64,000 nucleotides of DNA, taken from NCBI RefSeq assembly GCF_009914755.1, contig NC_060936.1; one strand, given 5' to 3'. This document shows positions 17,032-34,515 of this stretch, piece after piece; within the stretch, counting starts at the first letter, position 1, and the number at the start of each line of letters is the position of its first letter. The notes under the pieces are model-generated. The model was given only the letters and a program-made list of their open reading frames with translations, was not told the origin of the DNA and ran no database searches. The DNA is from the human T2T-CHM13v2.0 reference genome, Homo sapiens. Made by a program: the position numbers and the translations under genes.

Positions 17032-17279
17032 GTCATTAGCTTTGAACCCGGTGCAGAGACCCGAGATGTTTATCATCGGTGCCCAGCCCGTGTGCAGTCA
17101 GCTTCCCGGGCTCTCCCCTGGCCAGAGGAAGCTGTGCCAATTGTACCAGGAGCACATGGCCTACATAGGGGAGGGAGCCAAGACTGGCATCAAGGAATGC
17201 CAGCACCAGTTCCGGCAGCGGCGGTGGAATTGCAGCACAGCGGACAACGCATCTGTCTTTGGGAGAGTCATGCAGATAG
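17032..17279 (+). CDS. WNT5B: Wnt-5b coding exon 2 ([24 protein letters not shown]...[18 protein letters not shown])
   Basis: Acceptor ctag| at 17031, donor AG|GTAAGA at 17280; 248 nt; Wnt motif [14 protein letters not shown]. Confidence 0.98.
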
Positions 17280-17512
17280 GTAAGAGGCCATTACAAGAGG
17301 GCTCGGCCAAGGAACTGCACTCGTCTCGTTTGGGAGCAATTAAGCTCTCTCAGGACTGGCACAGGGAGAGCCCAAAGGCAGCCTAAGTGGGCTCTCTCTA
17401 GGCTTGGCAGCAGTGTGCACCACGAGAGAGGCACACGAGGAAGCAGGCTCTGGGAGGCTGCAGAAACCACACGCTTGATGTTCCTCTAGCTCTCTGCCTT
17501 CCAGCCTCACTT

Positions 17513-17578
17513 GGGGCAGGTTGCTTGGGACTCACTGAGAGGGGGCAGGTTGCTTGGGACTCACTGAGAGGGGGCAGG
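17513..17578. repeat. 29-bp tandem duplication (2.3 copies)
   Basis: ggggcaggttgcttgggactcactgagag repeated exactly. Confidence 0.9.
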
Positions 17579-18251
17579 ACATCTGAGTTGACTTAGAGTG
17601 GATTAGGAGAGCCGCCCACCGCCACTGCCTTTGTGTCTCAGTGCAAAAAAGAGCCTTGGGTAGAGAACCAGAAATTGCAGCCCTGAATGTCTGTTGGATT
17701 TTTGCCTCTTCCACTTCAACCTTTGACAGAGAGATAGAAATGTCGGCCAAAGTGTTGATAGCTGTCACTAACCCAACCCCATCCAGTCCCAGCTTTTTCT
17801 TTTGAAAGAGATGTGTGAACATGGGGGAAGGGGTCAGACGAAAGAAAAGATGAGAGGGAGAGGGCCAAGTCTTCTGGATTCCTGTCCCTTCCCCTCTCCC
17901 ACTGCTGGCCAAGGATTCTTGGGCCACCCTATTGCTTAGATGGAGGTGTGATCTGAGGTCTAATTGTTTTAGGTCCTTTTGAAATGCAATCCTCTCCTCT
18001 CTGGCAAGAAATTGAGAAATCCGGCCCTATTCTACTGGGTCTTATCCCCAGGGCCATAAAAGGGAAGTGTTAGAATGCTGTGTTCCTTCTGCCTGACATT
18101 CTCCCAGAACACCTCCCTTCAAAAGGTTACCTGAGGCTGGAGTTTCCCCAGAGAGGGATTTCAGCCTGGGAGGGGAGTTGGGGAGGTAGAGATTTCTTCG
18201 TGCTCCTCTCTTAGGGAGGATACTTGGAAGGCTCCTTCCCCCTCCCACTTA

Positions 18252-18413
<162 letters not shown>

Positions 18414-20529
18414 CTATAAAAAAAATTTTTTTTTTCTAAAGAGAGAGAGGGAATTAAAGATGGGAAAAGTACACATTGAAACTTGCTGCTCTCTTGCTTC
18501 CTTTGGTATCAACTCAGGGTGCATAAAAGGAAGGTCCTAGTGTTCCTGGGGCAGCTTTCCCAAAAGAGTAGACTTGGGGTTTTAGTGGGATTTACTCATA
18601 GTTTATTGATTCTTCTCAAACCCACCTGGCACTTGTCTCTTCTTTCTGGCGAAAATCTTGGCAGCACTTCCTGCCCTGCGTTTTGGGCAATGAAACTAGG
18701 ACGGCCCAGGTGCAGAGTCTCCTCTAATCTCTTCAGTGGAGTTAATGTTTATTGAAGACCTAATGTAGGCCTGATGTTGGCTAGATCCTTTTCATGTGTA
18801 TTTCGTGTGCATAAAGGCCCCAAAGTGAGGCTGTACTTTAGGAAAGAAAGGGGTTGGCAGGAAAAGACACTCCGCTGGGTTCAGATGTGCACTAGGTGCC
18901 CAGCGAAAGCAAACCCTGTCGAAGAGAGCCCATCTCTCTGTGCCCTATTCCGTTACAAAATGGAACCCTTCTGTTTGCCTAATTTTCCCCCTTCCTTTTT
19001 ATAGCATCACTGAAGGCTCATGCTACCTAGGAGGCTGTCCTCCCTTCCTCCCCCCTGAGCCCAGAGTAGCTCCTGGTGAGTCCTCCCTCTCCCTATCTTG
19101 AGAAGGACCGTCTAAGGCTTCCTTTCTCCTTTGAAGCTGCTGCAAAAGTCGGTCACCAGAGGGCGGCAGAGCAGCTCGGAGGAGCCTCGGCCCGTTGCCC
19201 AGCTTCTGCCTAGGGAGTTTGGAGGCAACTTGGGCTGCTATGGAACAGAGAGGGCATGAAATTGTTCTGCTGTCTCCTGTAGGGAAAAGACGCATGTCCC
19301 TCTAGTAGCTCACGGCTGCTTTTTTTTAGCCGTTTATTCTTGAGATGGTTAGAGATTCAACCTGAACTGTTGCGTATATAGATAAACCCCCACGTTGCTT
19401 ATCCATTCTGAAGCCCCGAATTATCTCTTTCTTGCTGAAGGTAGCAACAGTAGATGGTACTTAGTAGGCTTACCCAAGGGCCCAAAGGCTGCCCCGTGAA
19501 GGCAGAGCTGCCCACACTCAGCTTCTGATGAAGACCCGACTGAAAGAGGCAGGCAGCGCACCGGAGGACAAATCAGGATCCCAAACAGTCATGATAGGTT
19601 CGAACTGTCAGAGTACAGAACGTCTGGTGTGTTAGTTCAGCTGCAGGTACGTGATTTTAGAAGGCAATTCTGAGAAGGCTGATTCAACTCTGAAAAGCAT
19701 GTTTGCTAAAGAATGATAGAAATAAATCAGACATATGTAGCTTGGAAAAGTGAAAACGTAAAAGGCTTAATAGTTGTTTTCAAACACTGAAGAGCTGTCA
19801 AATGGGAAAGGGATTATAGCAGAGTGCAAGTGCAGCAGGCAGGAATCATAAGGAGGCGTATTTCAGCTTAATACAAGAAGGAGCATTCTGGTGATTGGAG
19901 TCATTTGAAAAAGATGGAATGGATTGCTTTGAAAACCTAGCCCACTGGTCTGAGGAACTGTGTAGAGGGAAAGCTTCCGGTGGATATGGAGGGTAGCTCG
20001 GGGCTGAAGCTTGGGAGGCTCCCTCCGTTCCAGGATGCCATGTCAGGTGGTTGAGGCTGCATTTTAAGGAGATGAATTCCTCAAAGTGGGGCCCAGACCC
20101 TCCTCCCTGAGAGGCTCTTTGGCCATCTTACCATCCCCAGTGCTCCTTGTCACATTCTGAGCCCCGTAGACCGGGTCCTGTCGGCTGAATCATGAGTGTA
20201 ACTTCCTGCCATCATTTCGGTTTTTCTTGGGCTATTCCTATTTCACAACTGACCAGAAGCCAGCCACTGGTTAATAGAGAAAAACGGACTCACTCAGCAT
20301 GGTCTGTTTGTAAACTTCACTGTGTCATGCCCAGATAATCAAGAAGTAGGGCCAAGGGAGAGATTTCTCTAGACCTCTCGGTTGATTGCAGACTGCTTCC
20401 CTTTCTACCTTCCAAGACAAGACTCTGGGATTCTGCCTGGTTTAATCTCTGAGATCAGGATTGAATCTGTTTCCTGCTAAGAATCACTCCCTTCTCTCCA
20501 TATCTAAGTCCCTATAAGTATCATTTGTT

Positions 20530-22930
<2,401 letters not shown>

Positions 22931-23409
22931 TTCTGAAACAGACATTTTACTGAAATAGAACATACATTATATGAATGTTGAGGTGGTTCACCACAGCAGT
23001 AAAGGGGAACATAGTTGGGATTTTCTGCTGGAAAATGATCTGGGTATTTAGAGGGACCGTGATGAGTGTCTGGAATTGTAGGTGCTGTAGATGTTGTTCC
23101 CAGGGCTCCTGAGTTAGGAGGCAGTGTGGATCCTGTGGAAGAGAGAGGAAGACAGCTTGGATTTTTCTAGACATTGTAATTCTAGTTCATTTTTGACTCC
23201 TGGCCTCTGCCACTGTCTAGCTAGATAATGGCAGCAGTACCGACAGACAGATGTGCAGCTCATAGAGCGTGAGAAATGGCATCTGTGAGGGAGACATTTC
23301 TGCTAGGATACAACGTCCTACTCTTGATACCATGATTTCTTCCTTAGCCTCATTCTGTTCGACTCCCATGTTCTGTGTGTTTCTGAATGCCTATTCTCCC
23401 CTCCGCTGA

Positions 23410-23798
<389 letters not shown>

Positions 23799-23799
23799 A

Positions 23800-24420
23800 G
23801 GGACTTGTTTTCTTCCGGGTGGTTTCGCAGGGCTGAGCTGGGGCCAAGAGGCGGAAGTAAAACAGCAGATTTCAGCCCATTATAAAGAGACGTTTCCAAG
23901 CGTTAGAGCTACGGGAAGCGAAGCCCCCTGCCCCAGGGGTGTCAGCAGAGCCGTGGCGTGCAGGTCCGTCGGGGGAGACGGGGGGAAGGACAGGTCCCCG
24001 GGAGAGGAGAGCGCACCCGCTTACCGCCCCGGCCTCATTCTGCAGGCAGCCGAGAGACCGCCTTCACCCACGCGGTGAGCGCCGCGGGCGTGGTCAACGC
24101 CATCAGCCGGGCCTGCCGCGAGGGCGAGCTCTCCACCTGCGGCTGCAGCCGGACGGCGCGGCCCAAGGACCTGCCCCGGGACTGGCTGTGGGGCGGCTGT
24201 GGGGACAACGTGGAGTACGGCTACCGCTTCGCCAAGGAGTTTGTGGATGCCCGGGAGCGAGAGAAGAACTTTGCCAAAGGATCAGAGGAGCAGGGCCGGG
24301 TGCTCATGAACCTGCAAAACAACGAGGCCGGTCGCAGGGTAAGCTGGGCCTCCCCGGCCTCCCCAGCACTGCAGACCTAGGGGGCTGTTCCCGGGCTGTG
24401 CCACCAGCCGTGGCCTGGCC
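23800..24420. promoter_or_regulatory. Intragenic CpG island over WNT5B coding exon 3
   Basis: High CpG density extending into the upstream intron. Confidence 0.7.
24046..24338 (+). CDS. WNT5B: Wnt-5b coding exon 3 ([11 protein letters not shown]...WLWGGCGDN...[11 protein letters not shown])
   Basis: Acceptor tgcag| at 24045, donor AGG|GTAAGC at 24339; 293 nt; Wnt motifs SRETAF, WGGC, NNEAGR. Confidence 0.98.
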
Positions 24421-25046
24421 TTCAAGGAAACGGGTTAGTCTGACCGTGAAGATTCTTACCTACGATTGCAAATTTACATGTCCACGTTATTGAACAAATC
24501 CTTTTCAAAATGCCCCACTTCCCAATGGGCATACGTGCTTTTTCTTTTCTTTTCTTCTTTTCTTTTTGCTTACTTTATTATTTCACGGTTCCTAGAGGAC
24601 TTAGGTGCAATGTTTGGATCAGAATTCCAGACGTAAGGATTAGAGCAGCGCTCTTGCCTTGGCCACCCCTCCTTTGCAACTTGAATAGATAATGCGATGG
24701 GATGTTTAGGCCGTTAGACCTCATCTAGGGTTTATGCTCTGTTAAAGGCTCTGGTAATAGCAGAGTCGACTTTCAAGAACTGCTGTCATACGTATCCAGA
24801 ACCCAGTCAAAAAACACATTCAAATACTAATGACAAACACACTTCTGAGCTAGGAGATTTTAGACATAAGTGGAAGTGTGAGAAGACAGCCATCTGTTTA
24901 AGGCTGGAGGAAACAGCCTCCCCAGTCTCATGTAATGTGACTGTCTTTTAAGCCTCAGTTTCAGCAGAAGCAACCATGCAGGTTTGAGGGGAGCTGGGTT
25001 CATTGTATGTGCAGAGCACACCTGGGCGGCAGCTTCCGGGCCCCTA

Positions 25047-26192
<1,146 letters not shown>

Positions 26193-27727
26193 ATGTGAAC
26201 TCATATATTGGAGCACATATCAAAGAAATGGAATAGGAAGTGTCTTTTGTCTGAATGGGGATGTTGTAGTATTGGCCGGATGGAATGTGGTGCACCTGTG
26301 TGCATAGCATCATCAGCCATGGGACATCAGGTGGAGACCAGAGTGGGTTATATGCCCAGGGTCTTCCTTACGCTTCCCCTATCCAGAGGCTATTTTTGTT
26401 TCCCAGAAAAGGGTGTGTGTAAGGTGGGGTCAGTGCGTGGTGATGTTAGGAGTTCTGGCAATTGCTGATCTGTGATTATGATAGGCTAACCCAGGGCAGA
26501 GAGCCTGGAGCCATCTCAGATGACTTCTGCTCAGGGCGTGTGTGGAGCCACCCGGTCTCTCAGGTGTCTTGGCTGTCTCCCAGTCTATTTGCCCACGTCT
26601 TTGGGTGTCTGGGCCTGAGGAGTAGAGATGTCAATGAAGGGGTTAAGATCCGCACTTTATCTCCTGACTGCCCAGAGTCGATCCAGTTTTTGAAATCTTA
26701 GTTGAAACACTGCCCTCCCCAGTCCCCATTGTTAGTAGTTTTTCTCCCACCTGATCTTCAATCGGGCATTCTTGCTCTTCTCAGGTATTCCTTACTCTAT
26801 CTACCTTTGCCTTGGTAGGTTGGCGGTAGGTTCCTGTGGGCAGGGATTGCCCTCTCTGCCCCTTTGCTTCAACCCTGTATGTGCTGTATGTGGGTGGGAC
26901 AAATGGATATACACAGAGGAGTTCCGTGTTGCCTCCTCGGGAGAGGTCAGATTCACGGAGGCTGCTTGTGGCTCTGCTGAGCTGCGCTGTGGTGTCTGCA
27001 CGTGCCTGTGATCAGGCAGGTGACACCCACTCTTCCCCTTTCCCCTGCTGCTGGGTCTCACTTTATTGCCCTTAATTGTTTGTTGTCTTGTCCGGGCTGT
27101 TATCTGGCAGCCTTCCCTCCCATCAGGCTTGTTCCTGGCTTGCTCACCTTCCCTGTCTGTCTCCCCGCTTAGCCCCTTCCTTCAGGCCCCACACCTCTCC
27201 TCTTCCTTAACTCCTTATCTCTCCCTTTGCCTCTGCCTGCTTCAGGTTGGGAATTCCTGGCCCCCTTTATTTTTTATCCTCTCTCCAAGGAACAGGCCTC
27301 GGCCATCAGTCACCATCTGAGGCCAGAGGTATTCACTGCTTGCCTCCTCACACCTACACACAAAGTTCTCCAGCAAGGACTGAGTGATGGCTGGGATGGA
27401 AAATAGACAAGTATTTTAGAACCATATTAAAAAGAAAAAAAGATTATCCAGGATCTGATGTCTTGACACAGAGTAAATCTTAGGCTACTTTGCCAGAAGT
27501 TTCTCTTGGCCTGCAAGAGCATCTAGTAGCTCCTTCTTAGACGGTGGCGGCAACACCAGTGGCTGATGGTGTTTTGCCACTCAAGGATTTCTAAGCATTT
27601 TCCAGATAAAAGCCTGGTGCCTAATCCTGTAACATTCCTGTCTGTCACCAGGCTCAGCACACCATTAGATAGAAGTGGAAGAGGAGCTGAGAGGCGCTTT
27701 TCCAGGGACAGATCGTAGAACTAAAAC

Positions 27728-28118
<391 letters not shown>

Positions 28119-30154
28119 CTACAAAAGGAGCCTATATATATATATATATCTACAAAAGGAGATTTTGTATATATACATATATATATATAAAATCAGTAGT
28201 AAAATATGAAAAAAATTGCAGATATTCCTATCTCTACAATGTCTTTGAATTCAGGGAAGGATGGAGGGGGTGTTTAAGCTGGTGCACTTCCTCTTGGATT
28301 TGTTTTCCTAAAATTCTGGTCCTTGCCCTGCAGGGTCTTGCTCCGACTCTCCTTCCCCAACTCTGTCTGAGTGTTTGCCCCTGCAAGAGATGCTTATCCG
28401 TGCTCCGAGTTGCTAAGTGGCAAAGTGCACAGTTTCCAACCCTTAATGTTTCCTCCTCTCAGCAGTGCCAGACGCCTGTCATCCATCTCTAAGCCAAGGA
28501 CCATTTCCAGAGGAATGTCAGGCTGCAGCTCAGACCCAGGGCATTTGGGATGGAAGGGTCATTGCAGGCCCCATCTTTGAAGTGTCTGTCAGGATGGGGT
28601 GTCAGTTCCTTTATGTCTTGGACCTGGAGCTGCCCGGCTAAGTGCTGGTGCCTTTAACCTTGGGGAGAGCCTTCCTTCCTCCTCTGCTCTAAGCCAGCTT
28701 TAAGCCCCGAGATTGGAGTGGATAAGTGCTTGTTATTCTGAGTCCTTTCTGGGTGGCCTTGGAGGTTAGTGAGCCTCTCTAGAGCTTCAGTTTCTCCACC
28801 ATAAAATAGTGGGAATAATTCCGTACCAGAAAAAACTCAGGAAGACTTTTGCCAACAGTCATATGCACTGATGATGGCTGTGCTGTCTCTTGCACCTGCA
28901 GTGGTCTCTGCTTAGCTCTGAATAAAGACACAATCTGGGGGCTCTTGAAAAGAAATCTAAGAGAAACCCTTGAAAAATGAGTCCTGACTCAGTTGGTGAC
29001 AATAGCCATGCATAAGAAAATGCTCTGCAGCCGGCTTGTGTTTTCATCCCGCCATCTGCACGTCTAGGCCTGCTGCCAGGGTTGGTTGCCATGGTGCGTC
29101 AGCATGCTGCCGTTGAAAAGCACTCTGTAAGCAGCTTTCTGGTCTGCTCTTGCTTTTACATTTTGATTTGGGATAACTCAAGTTCAAATCTACTCCACGT
29201 TGTGGCGGTTCTGTGACTTCTGGGGTAGACTTGTTTTAGATGAACCGCTCCTGCAGGCAGGCCCAGCTGCTTGCAGTTCCCTTGCACGTTGCTTCACTGT
29301 GTTACTCCAGCTCTCCCAAGGGGGCGTCTGGGGGCTGCTCGGGAGGAAGACGGTGGTCTTGCTCACAAATGGATGGTGTATGGCAAGACTCCTGATGACT
29401 CTATGGAGTTAGTGACTACATGGTAACATGGGGAAAGGGACCATTTAATTCTCAGGGTATTTGACAGGATCAGGGAGAGTTTTGGGCTAACCACGGCTAT
29501 GCCAGTGATTTCTGTGATAGGCTTGTGATACAATTGGATTCTTTTTTCTGACTTGTGCTCCTATTACGCAAAAGCTGGACACATTTTGTTATTTTGTTTT
29601 GTTTTGCTTTGTTTCTAGAGATGGAGTCTTGCCCTGTTGCCCAGGCTGGAGTGCAGTGGCACAAGCATAGCTTGCTGCATCCTCAAATTCCTGGGCTCAA
29701 ATGATCCTCCTTCCTCAGCCTCCCCAGTAGCTGGGACTACAGGCACCAGCCACAGTGCCTGGCTGTATTTTGTTGGTTATTATTTATTTGTTTGAGGCTT
29801 TGATCAAGATGGAGATATCTTTGTTTTCCGATTGTGAAAAGGATGCATTGATTGTAACAGGTTTTGAGGAATGAGAAACCAGTAGAGTAGAAAGTGAAAG
29901 TGCCTGGTGCCATCCTCCCGGCTGATGGGGACAAGTTGCCTTGCCGCCCCAGGGTTCTTTTCTGTGGTGCCTCTTTTATGTTTTCCCCCTGAGCACCTGA
30001 GCATCTTGGAAAGATCTTTGCATGCATTTGAAAAGCTATCTATCCCCTACCCTACCGGCCCCTCCTGTGTACTAGGCCTGTGGCTACCCCAGCCACCCTC
30101 TGGGCCTCTTCCACCGGGATCCTCCTTCTTACTGCCTTCTTTCTCTTCCCCTAG

Positions 30155-30613
30155 GCTGTGTATAAGATGGCAGACGTAGCCTGCAAATGCCACGGCGTCT
30201 CGGGGTCCTGCAGCCTCAAGACCTGCTGGCTGCAGCTGGCCGAGTTCCGCAAGGTCGGGGACCGGCTGAAGGAGAAGTACGACAGCGCGGCCGCCATGCG
30301 CGTCACCCGCAAGGGCCGGCTGGAGCTGGTCAACAGCCGCTTCACCCAGCCCACCCCGGAGGACCTGGTCTATGTGGACCCCAGCCCCGACTACTGCCTG
30401 CGCAACGAGAGCACGGGCTCCCTGGGCACGCAGGGCCGCCTCTGCAACAAGACCTCGGAGGGCATGGATGGCTGTGAGCTCATGTGCTGCGGGCGTGGCT
30501 ACAACCAGTTCAAGAGCGTGCAGGTGGAGCGCTGCCACTGCAAGTTCCACTGGTGCTGCTTCGTCAGGTGTAAGAAGTGCACGGAGATCGTGGACCAGTA
30601 CATCTGTAAATAG
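30155..30613 (+). CDS. WNT5B: Wnt-5b last coding exon ([19 protein letters not shown]...[26 protein letters not shown])
   Basis: Long pyrimidine tract and ctag| at 30154; 459 nt. [10 protein letters not shown] contains the palmitoleoylated Ser223 (30200-30202). Total CDS 80+248+293+459=1080 nt = 359 aa + TAG. Confidence 0.98.
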   Translation, partial: AVYKMADVACKCHGVSGSCSLKTCWLQLAEFRKVGDRLKEKYDSAAAMRVTRKGRLELVNSRFTQPTPEDLVYVDPSPDYCLRNESTGSLGTQGRLCNKTSEGMDGCELMCCGRGYNQFKSVQVERCHCKFHWCCFVRCKKCTEIVDQYICK

Positions 30614-31580
30614 CCCGGAGGGCCTGCTCCCGGCCCCCCTGCACTCTGCCTCACAAAGGTCTATATTATATAAATCTATATAAATCTATTTTATATTTGT
30701 ATAAGTAAATGGGTGGGTGCTATACAATGGAAAGATGAAAATGGAAAGGAAGAGCTTATTTAAGAGACGCTGGAGATCTCTGAGGAGTGGACTTTGCTGG
30801 TTCTCTCCTCTTGGTGGGTGGGAGACAGGGCTTTTTCTCTCCCTCTGGTGAGGACTCTCAGGATGTAGGGACTTGGAAATATTTACTGTCTGTCCACCAC
30901 GGCCTGGAGGAGGGAGGTTGTGGTTGGATGGAGGAGATGATCTTGTCTGGAAGTCTAGAGTCTTTGTTGGTTAGAGGACTGCCTGTGATCCTGGCCACTA
31001 GGCCAAGAGGCCCTATGAAGGTGGCGGGAACTCAGCTTCAACCTCGATGTCTTCAGGGTCTTGTCCAGAATGTAGATGGGTTCCGTAAGAGGCCTGGTGC
31101 TCTCTTACTCTTTCATCCACGTGCACTTGTGCGGCATCTGCAGTTTACAGGAACGGCTCCTTCCCTAAAATGAGAAGTCCAAGGTCATCTCTGGCCCAGT
31201 GACCACAGAGAGATCTGCACCTCCCGGACTTCAGGCCTGCCTTTCCAGCGAGAATTCTTCATCCTCCACGGTTCACTAGCTCCTACCTGAAGAGGAAAGG
31301 GGGCCATTTGACCTGACATGTCAGGAAAGCCCTAAACTGAATGTTTGCGCCTGGGCTGCAGAAGCCAGGGTGCATGACCAGGCTGCGTGGACGTTATACT
31401 GTCTTCCCCCACCCCCGGGGAGGGGAAGCTTGAGCTGCTGCTGTCACTCCTCCACCGAGGGAGGCCTCACAAACCACAGGACGCTGCAACGGGTCAGGCT
31501 GGCGGGCCCGGCGTGCTCATCATCTCTGCCCCAGGTGTACGGTTTCTCTCTGACATTAAATGCCCTTCATGGAGGTTTTG
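30614..31580 (+). other. WNT5B: WNT5B 3'UTR
   Basis: Repeat-free sequence from the stop codon to ~20 nt past ATTAAA (31555). End is approximate. Confidence 0.75.
31555..31560 (+). terminator. Polyadenylation signal ATTAAA
   Basis: Common variant hexamer followed by G/T-rich sequence (ggttttgctccctttccttattt). Confidence 0.7.
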
Positions 31581-32460
31581 CTCCCTTTCCTTATTTGGAC
31601 CCACGCTGATCTTTCATGAGTCTCCTTTTATTTTTTATTTGGCCTTTAGAACTCTGCTCTGCAGTGTGGATGAGGGTAAGGAAATTGAGACTCCTTAGAC
31701 TGTATAGTCTGGTGATCAGGGAGAGGGACAGATGAATGTTTTGAGAATTAAATAAGGTGATGCATTTAGGCATTCACCCCAAGAGCTAGCACAGTTAAAC
31801 ACTCAGGAAGTGGTAGCCATTAATATTACTGCTATAAACAAGGGAGTTCAGAAATTTAAATTGAAACCTCACGTTTACCTGCCTCTTTCCCTTCCCCTAT
31901 TTGATAGCCTACCAAGCGAACCCTGGCTTGTTCCCTGGGTCCCTGGTAAAGCACGGGTAATGGGGATGCCCTTTGCCGTCTCCTCTGTGTTGCTGTCTGC
32001 AATTTTGGACTCCAGTATCTGGGGCCAGGAGGGTAAGGCTGAGCTTGAGGATCCAGGAAGGGAGATGTTATTATCCTAAAAAGGGAGGAAGGAGTGATTG
32101 AGGGAGACACGGAGCCGGGCTGCTGTAGAGTGACCAGCCTGCAGGTGAGCCGGTAACTACAGAAAGACATCAGTTTTATTCTAGAAAACTTTATTTCTGG
32201 AGAAATAATTAATGTGTTAATTTGGGTTATAATGAGCAAATGATATTGCAAAACTGCTTAAAAGAGATTCTGCCTGAGGGCATTTATGCCATGCATACTA
32301 CCTGTCTCTTTAGTACCTGAGGGAGAATGTTCTGACCCAACCAAGAACCTCAGACCTAGAGTTAGTTCACCTGTAGCTAACTCACACTGTTACCCAGATT
32401 CCTTTGGTTGATACTTTCAAGGTGACATTTCATTTTCATGAAAGAAAATGATTGAAGTTA

Positions 32461-32757
<297 letters not shown>

Positions 32758-34458
32758 TGATTGAAGTGAATTGGTCTACAAAAGATGAAAACCATGTCCT
32801 CGTCTTCATTCATTGACATTTAACCATCTTAACCACCTTTAACCATAACTATCCAGATGCACAGATCAACCATGATAATAGGGTTTTGAAACACTGGCTA
32901 ACATCACTGTTCTTCCCCACATCAGTTCTAGAGGTTTGGGGAATTACTTTGTATCAGGTGCTCAAACTGTTTAAGAGCTGAAATCTAACCTGTTCTTAGA
33001 AGCCCCCAGAAATGAGCTGAGAATGATTGTCCACAATCCCCAGAAGTCACTTCCGTGTTCATGGAGGGAGATGGATAATCCTTATCAGAGTAAGGTTTTC
33101 CTGCAGAGTCATGGCAAGTGGTAGAGTGAATCAGTTTTCTTTCTGATGTGGGAGCAAGTTGTGTTCAAACACCAGCGTGGTTGTTGCATCCACTGACCTA
33201 TTTTTCTAAGTAGGTTGGCATACGGGTATAGTTACTTGTTACTTGCTTGTTGAATCCTGGTGGATTGGAATCCTGTCTGTGAAGTGACCAGTAATGCTGT
33301 AGGAATGTGGCTGGAGAATGTGGAAACCAACCTGAGAAAAGCAAGTGAGCTTCTGCTCAGAATCACAGAATGTTGGAGCAGGAAGGGAACATGGCAATCA
33401 CAGCTTAAGCTTCTGGGGCTCCAGATAAGAACCTCCAGATCCTGAGCAGGTCCCACACCTTAGTGTGCTTGTAAAAATGCAGAGTGCTGGGTCCCCAGCA
33501 CCAGGAATTCATATTCAGCTGGTCTGGGGCAGAGCCTGGGACCTGAAGGGATCCGATGCTGTTAGCTCAAAGACCACACTGGACTTGCGGTTACAGAGAG
33601 CTAAGACCTGCCGGGAGGCAGGAAGCCTGGTCCTGATTCCCAGCCCAGTGCTCTCTGCAGCCCCTGGCAGGGTTCCCTAGTACCTGAAATGTGTTATAAT
33701 CAACATGTAGTCTCACCAGATCATTACATTGGTGTAATGCCTCGACCAAGCAGTCCCAGCCATCCCAGGGAACCTTGCTGATGCGTTGGAAAGAGCTTTC
33801 TGGTACAGGGCAGAACTGATTTGCCCTGGGATGTTCCCTCCCTCCTCTGCCTACGATGGGTAGAGACCTACTGATCTATTTCCTGAATGTCTATCATAAG
33901 GCGATATGTTCTTAGCTATTTGTCTTTGCCTTATCTTCAAAAATTAAGAGAAAGGTATGCCTGACTGCCTCCATTTAATAAGAAGACAGATGGACAGCTA
34001 GAGGATGGGAGGATAGGAAGGCAGTCACAGGTATGGTTGAGGTTAGGGCAGGCTTCCATTCATCCAAGCATCATGGACAAATTCTCCAGAACTTGGATTC
34101 AAAGTCCTTACTTGGAGAGCCCATTTTGTTCTCTTCCACTCTCCATCCTTTGAGGTGAGAAACAAAACTTGCTCTTTGTATTGAAACCTCAAATTGGCTA
34201 TTGCCTTGGAAATTCTGCCCTGCTTCCTCTCTTTAATCATTAGTATCGTATTTAAGCTCCGTCATCCCCTGCAGTTTTAGGAACTAGCAAGATGTCCTCC
34301 ATGAGATAGAGATCTTACAGATGCAGTAGCTTATCAGACAAGCCTATTCCTTGGCAGAGAGCCACACCACCCCGAGAGTGTGGAAAATAGTGTTTCCATC
34401 TGAAACACTCTGCTCCATTGCCAGACACCACTGACACTGGGCAGGTGGATTTTGGGAG

Positions 34459-34463
<5 letters not shown>

Positions 34464-34502
<39 letters not shown>

Positions 34503-34515
34503 TCTATGTGTGTGT
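34464..34515. repeat. (TG)n microsatellite
   Basis: About 18 uninterrupted TG units. Confidence 0.95.

Noticed and set aside
16955-17386. 143-aa ORF extending beyond WNT5B coding exon 2
   Set aside because: Only 17032-17279 is Wnt-like and bounded by splice sites. The flanks are intronic read-through.
30047-30550. 167-aa antisense ORF over the last WNT5B exon
   Set aside because: Typical shadow ORF from high GC3 codon usage on the opposite strand.
31312-31325. Palindrome cctgacatgtcagg in the 3'UTR (p53 half-site-like)
   Set aside because: A single imperfect half-site; a 14-bp palindrome is expected by chance a few times in 64 kb.
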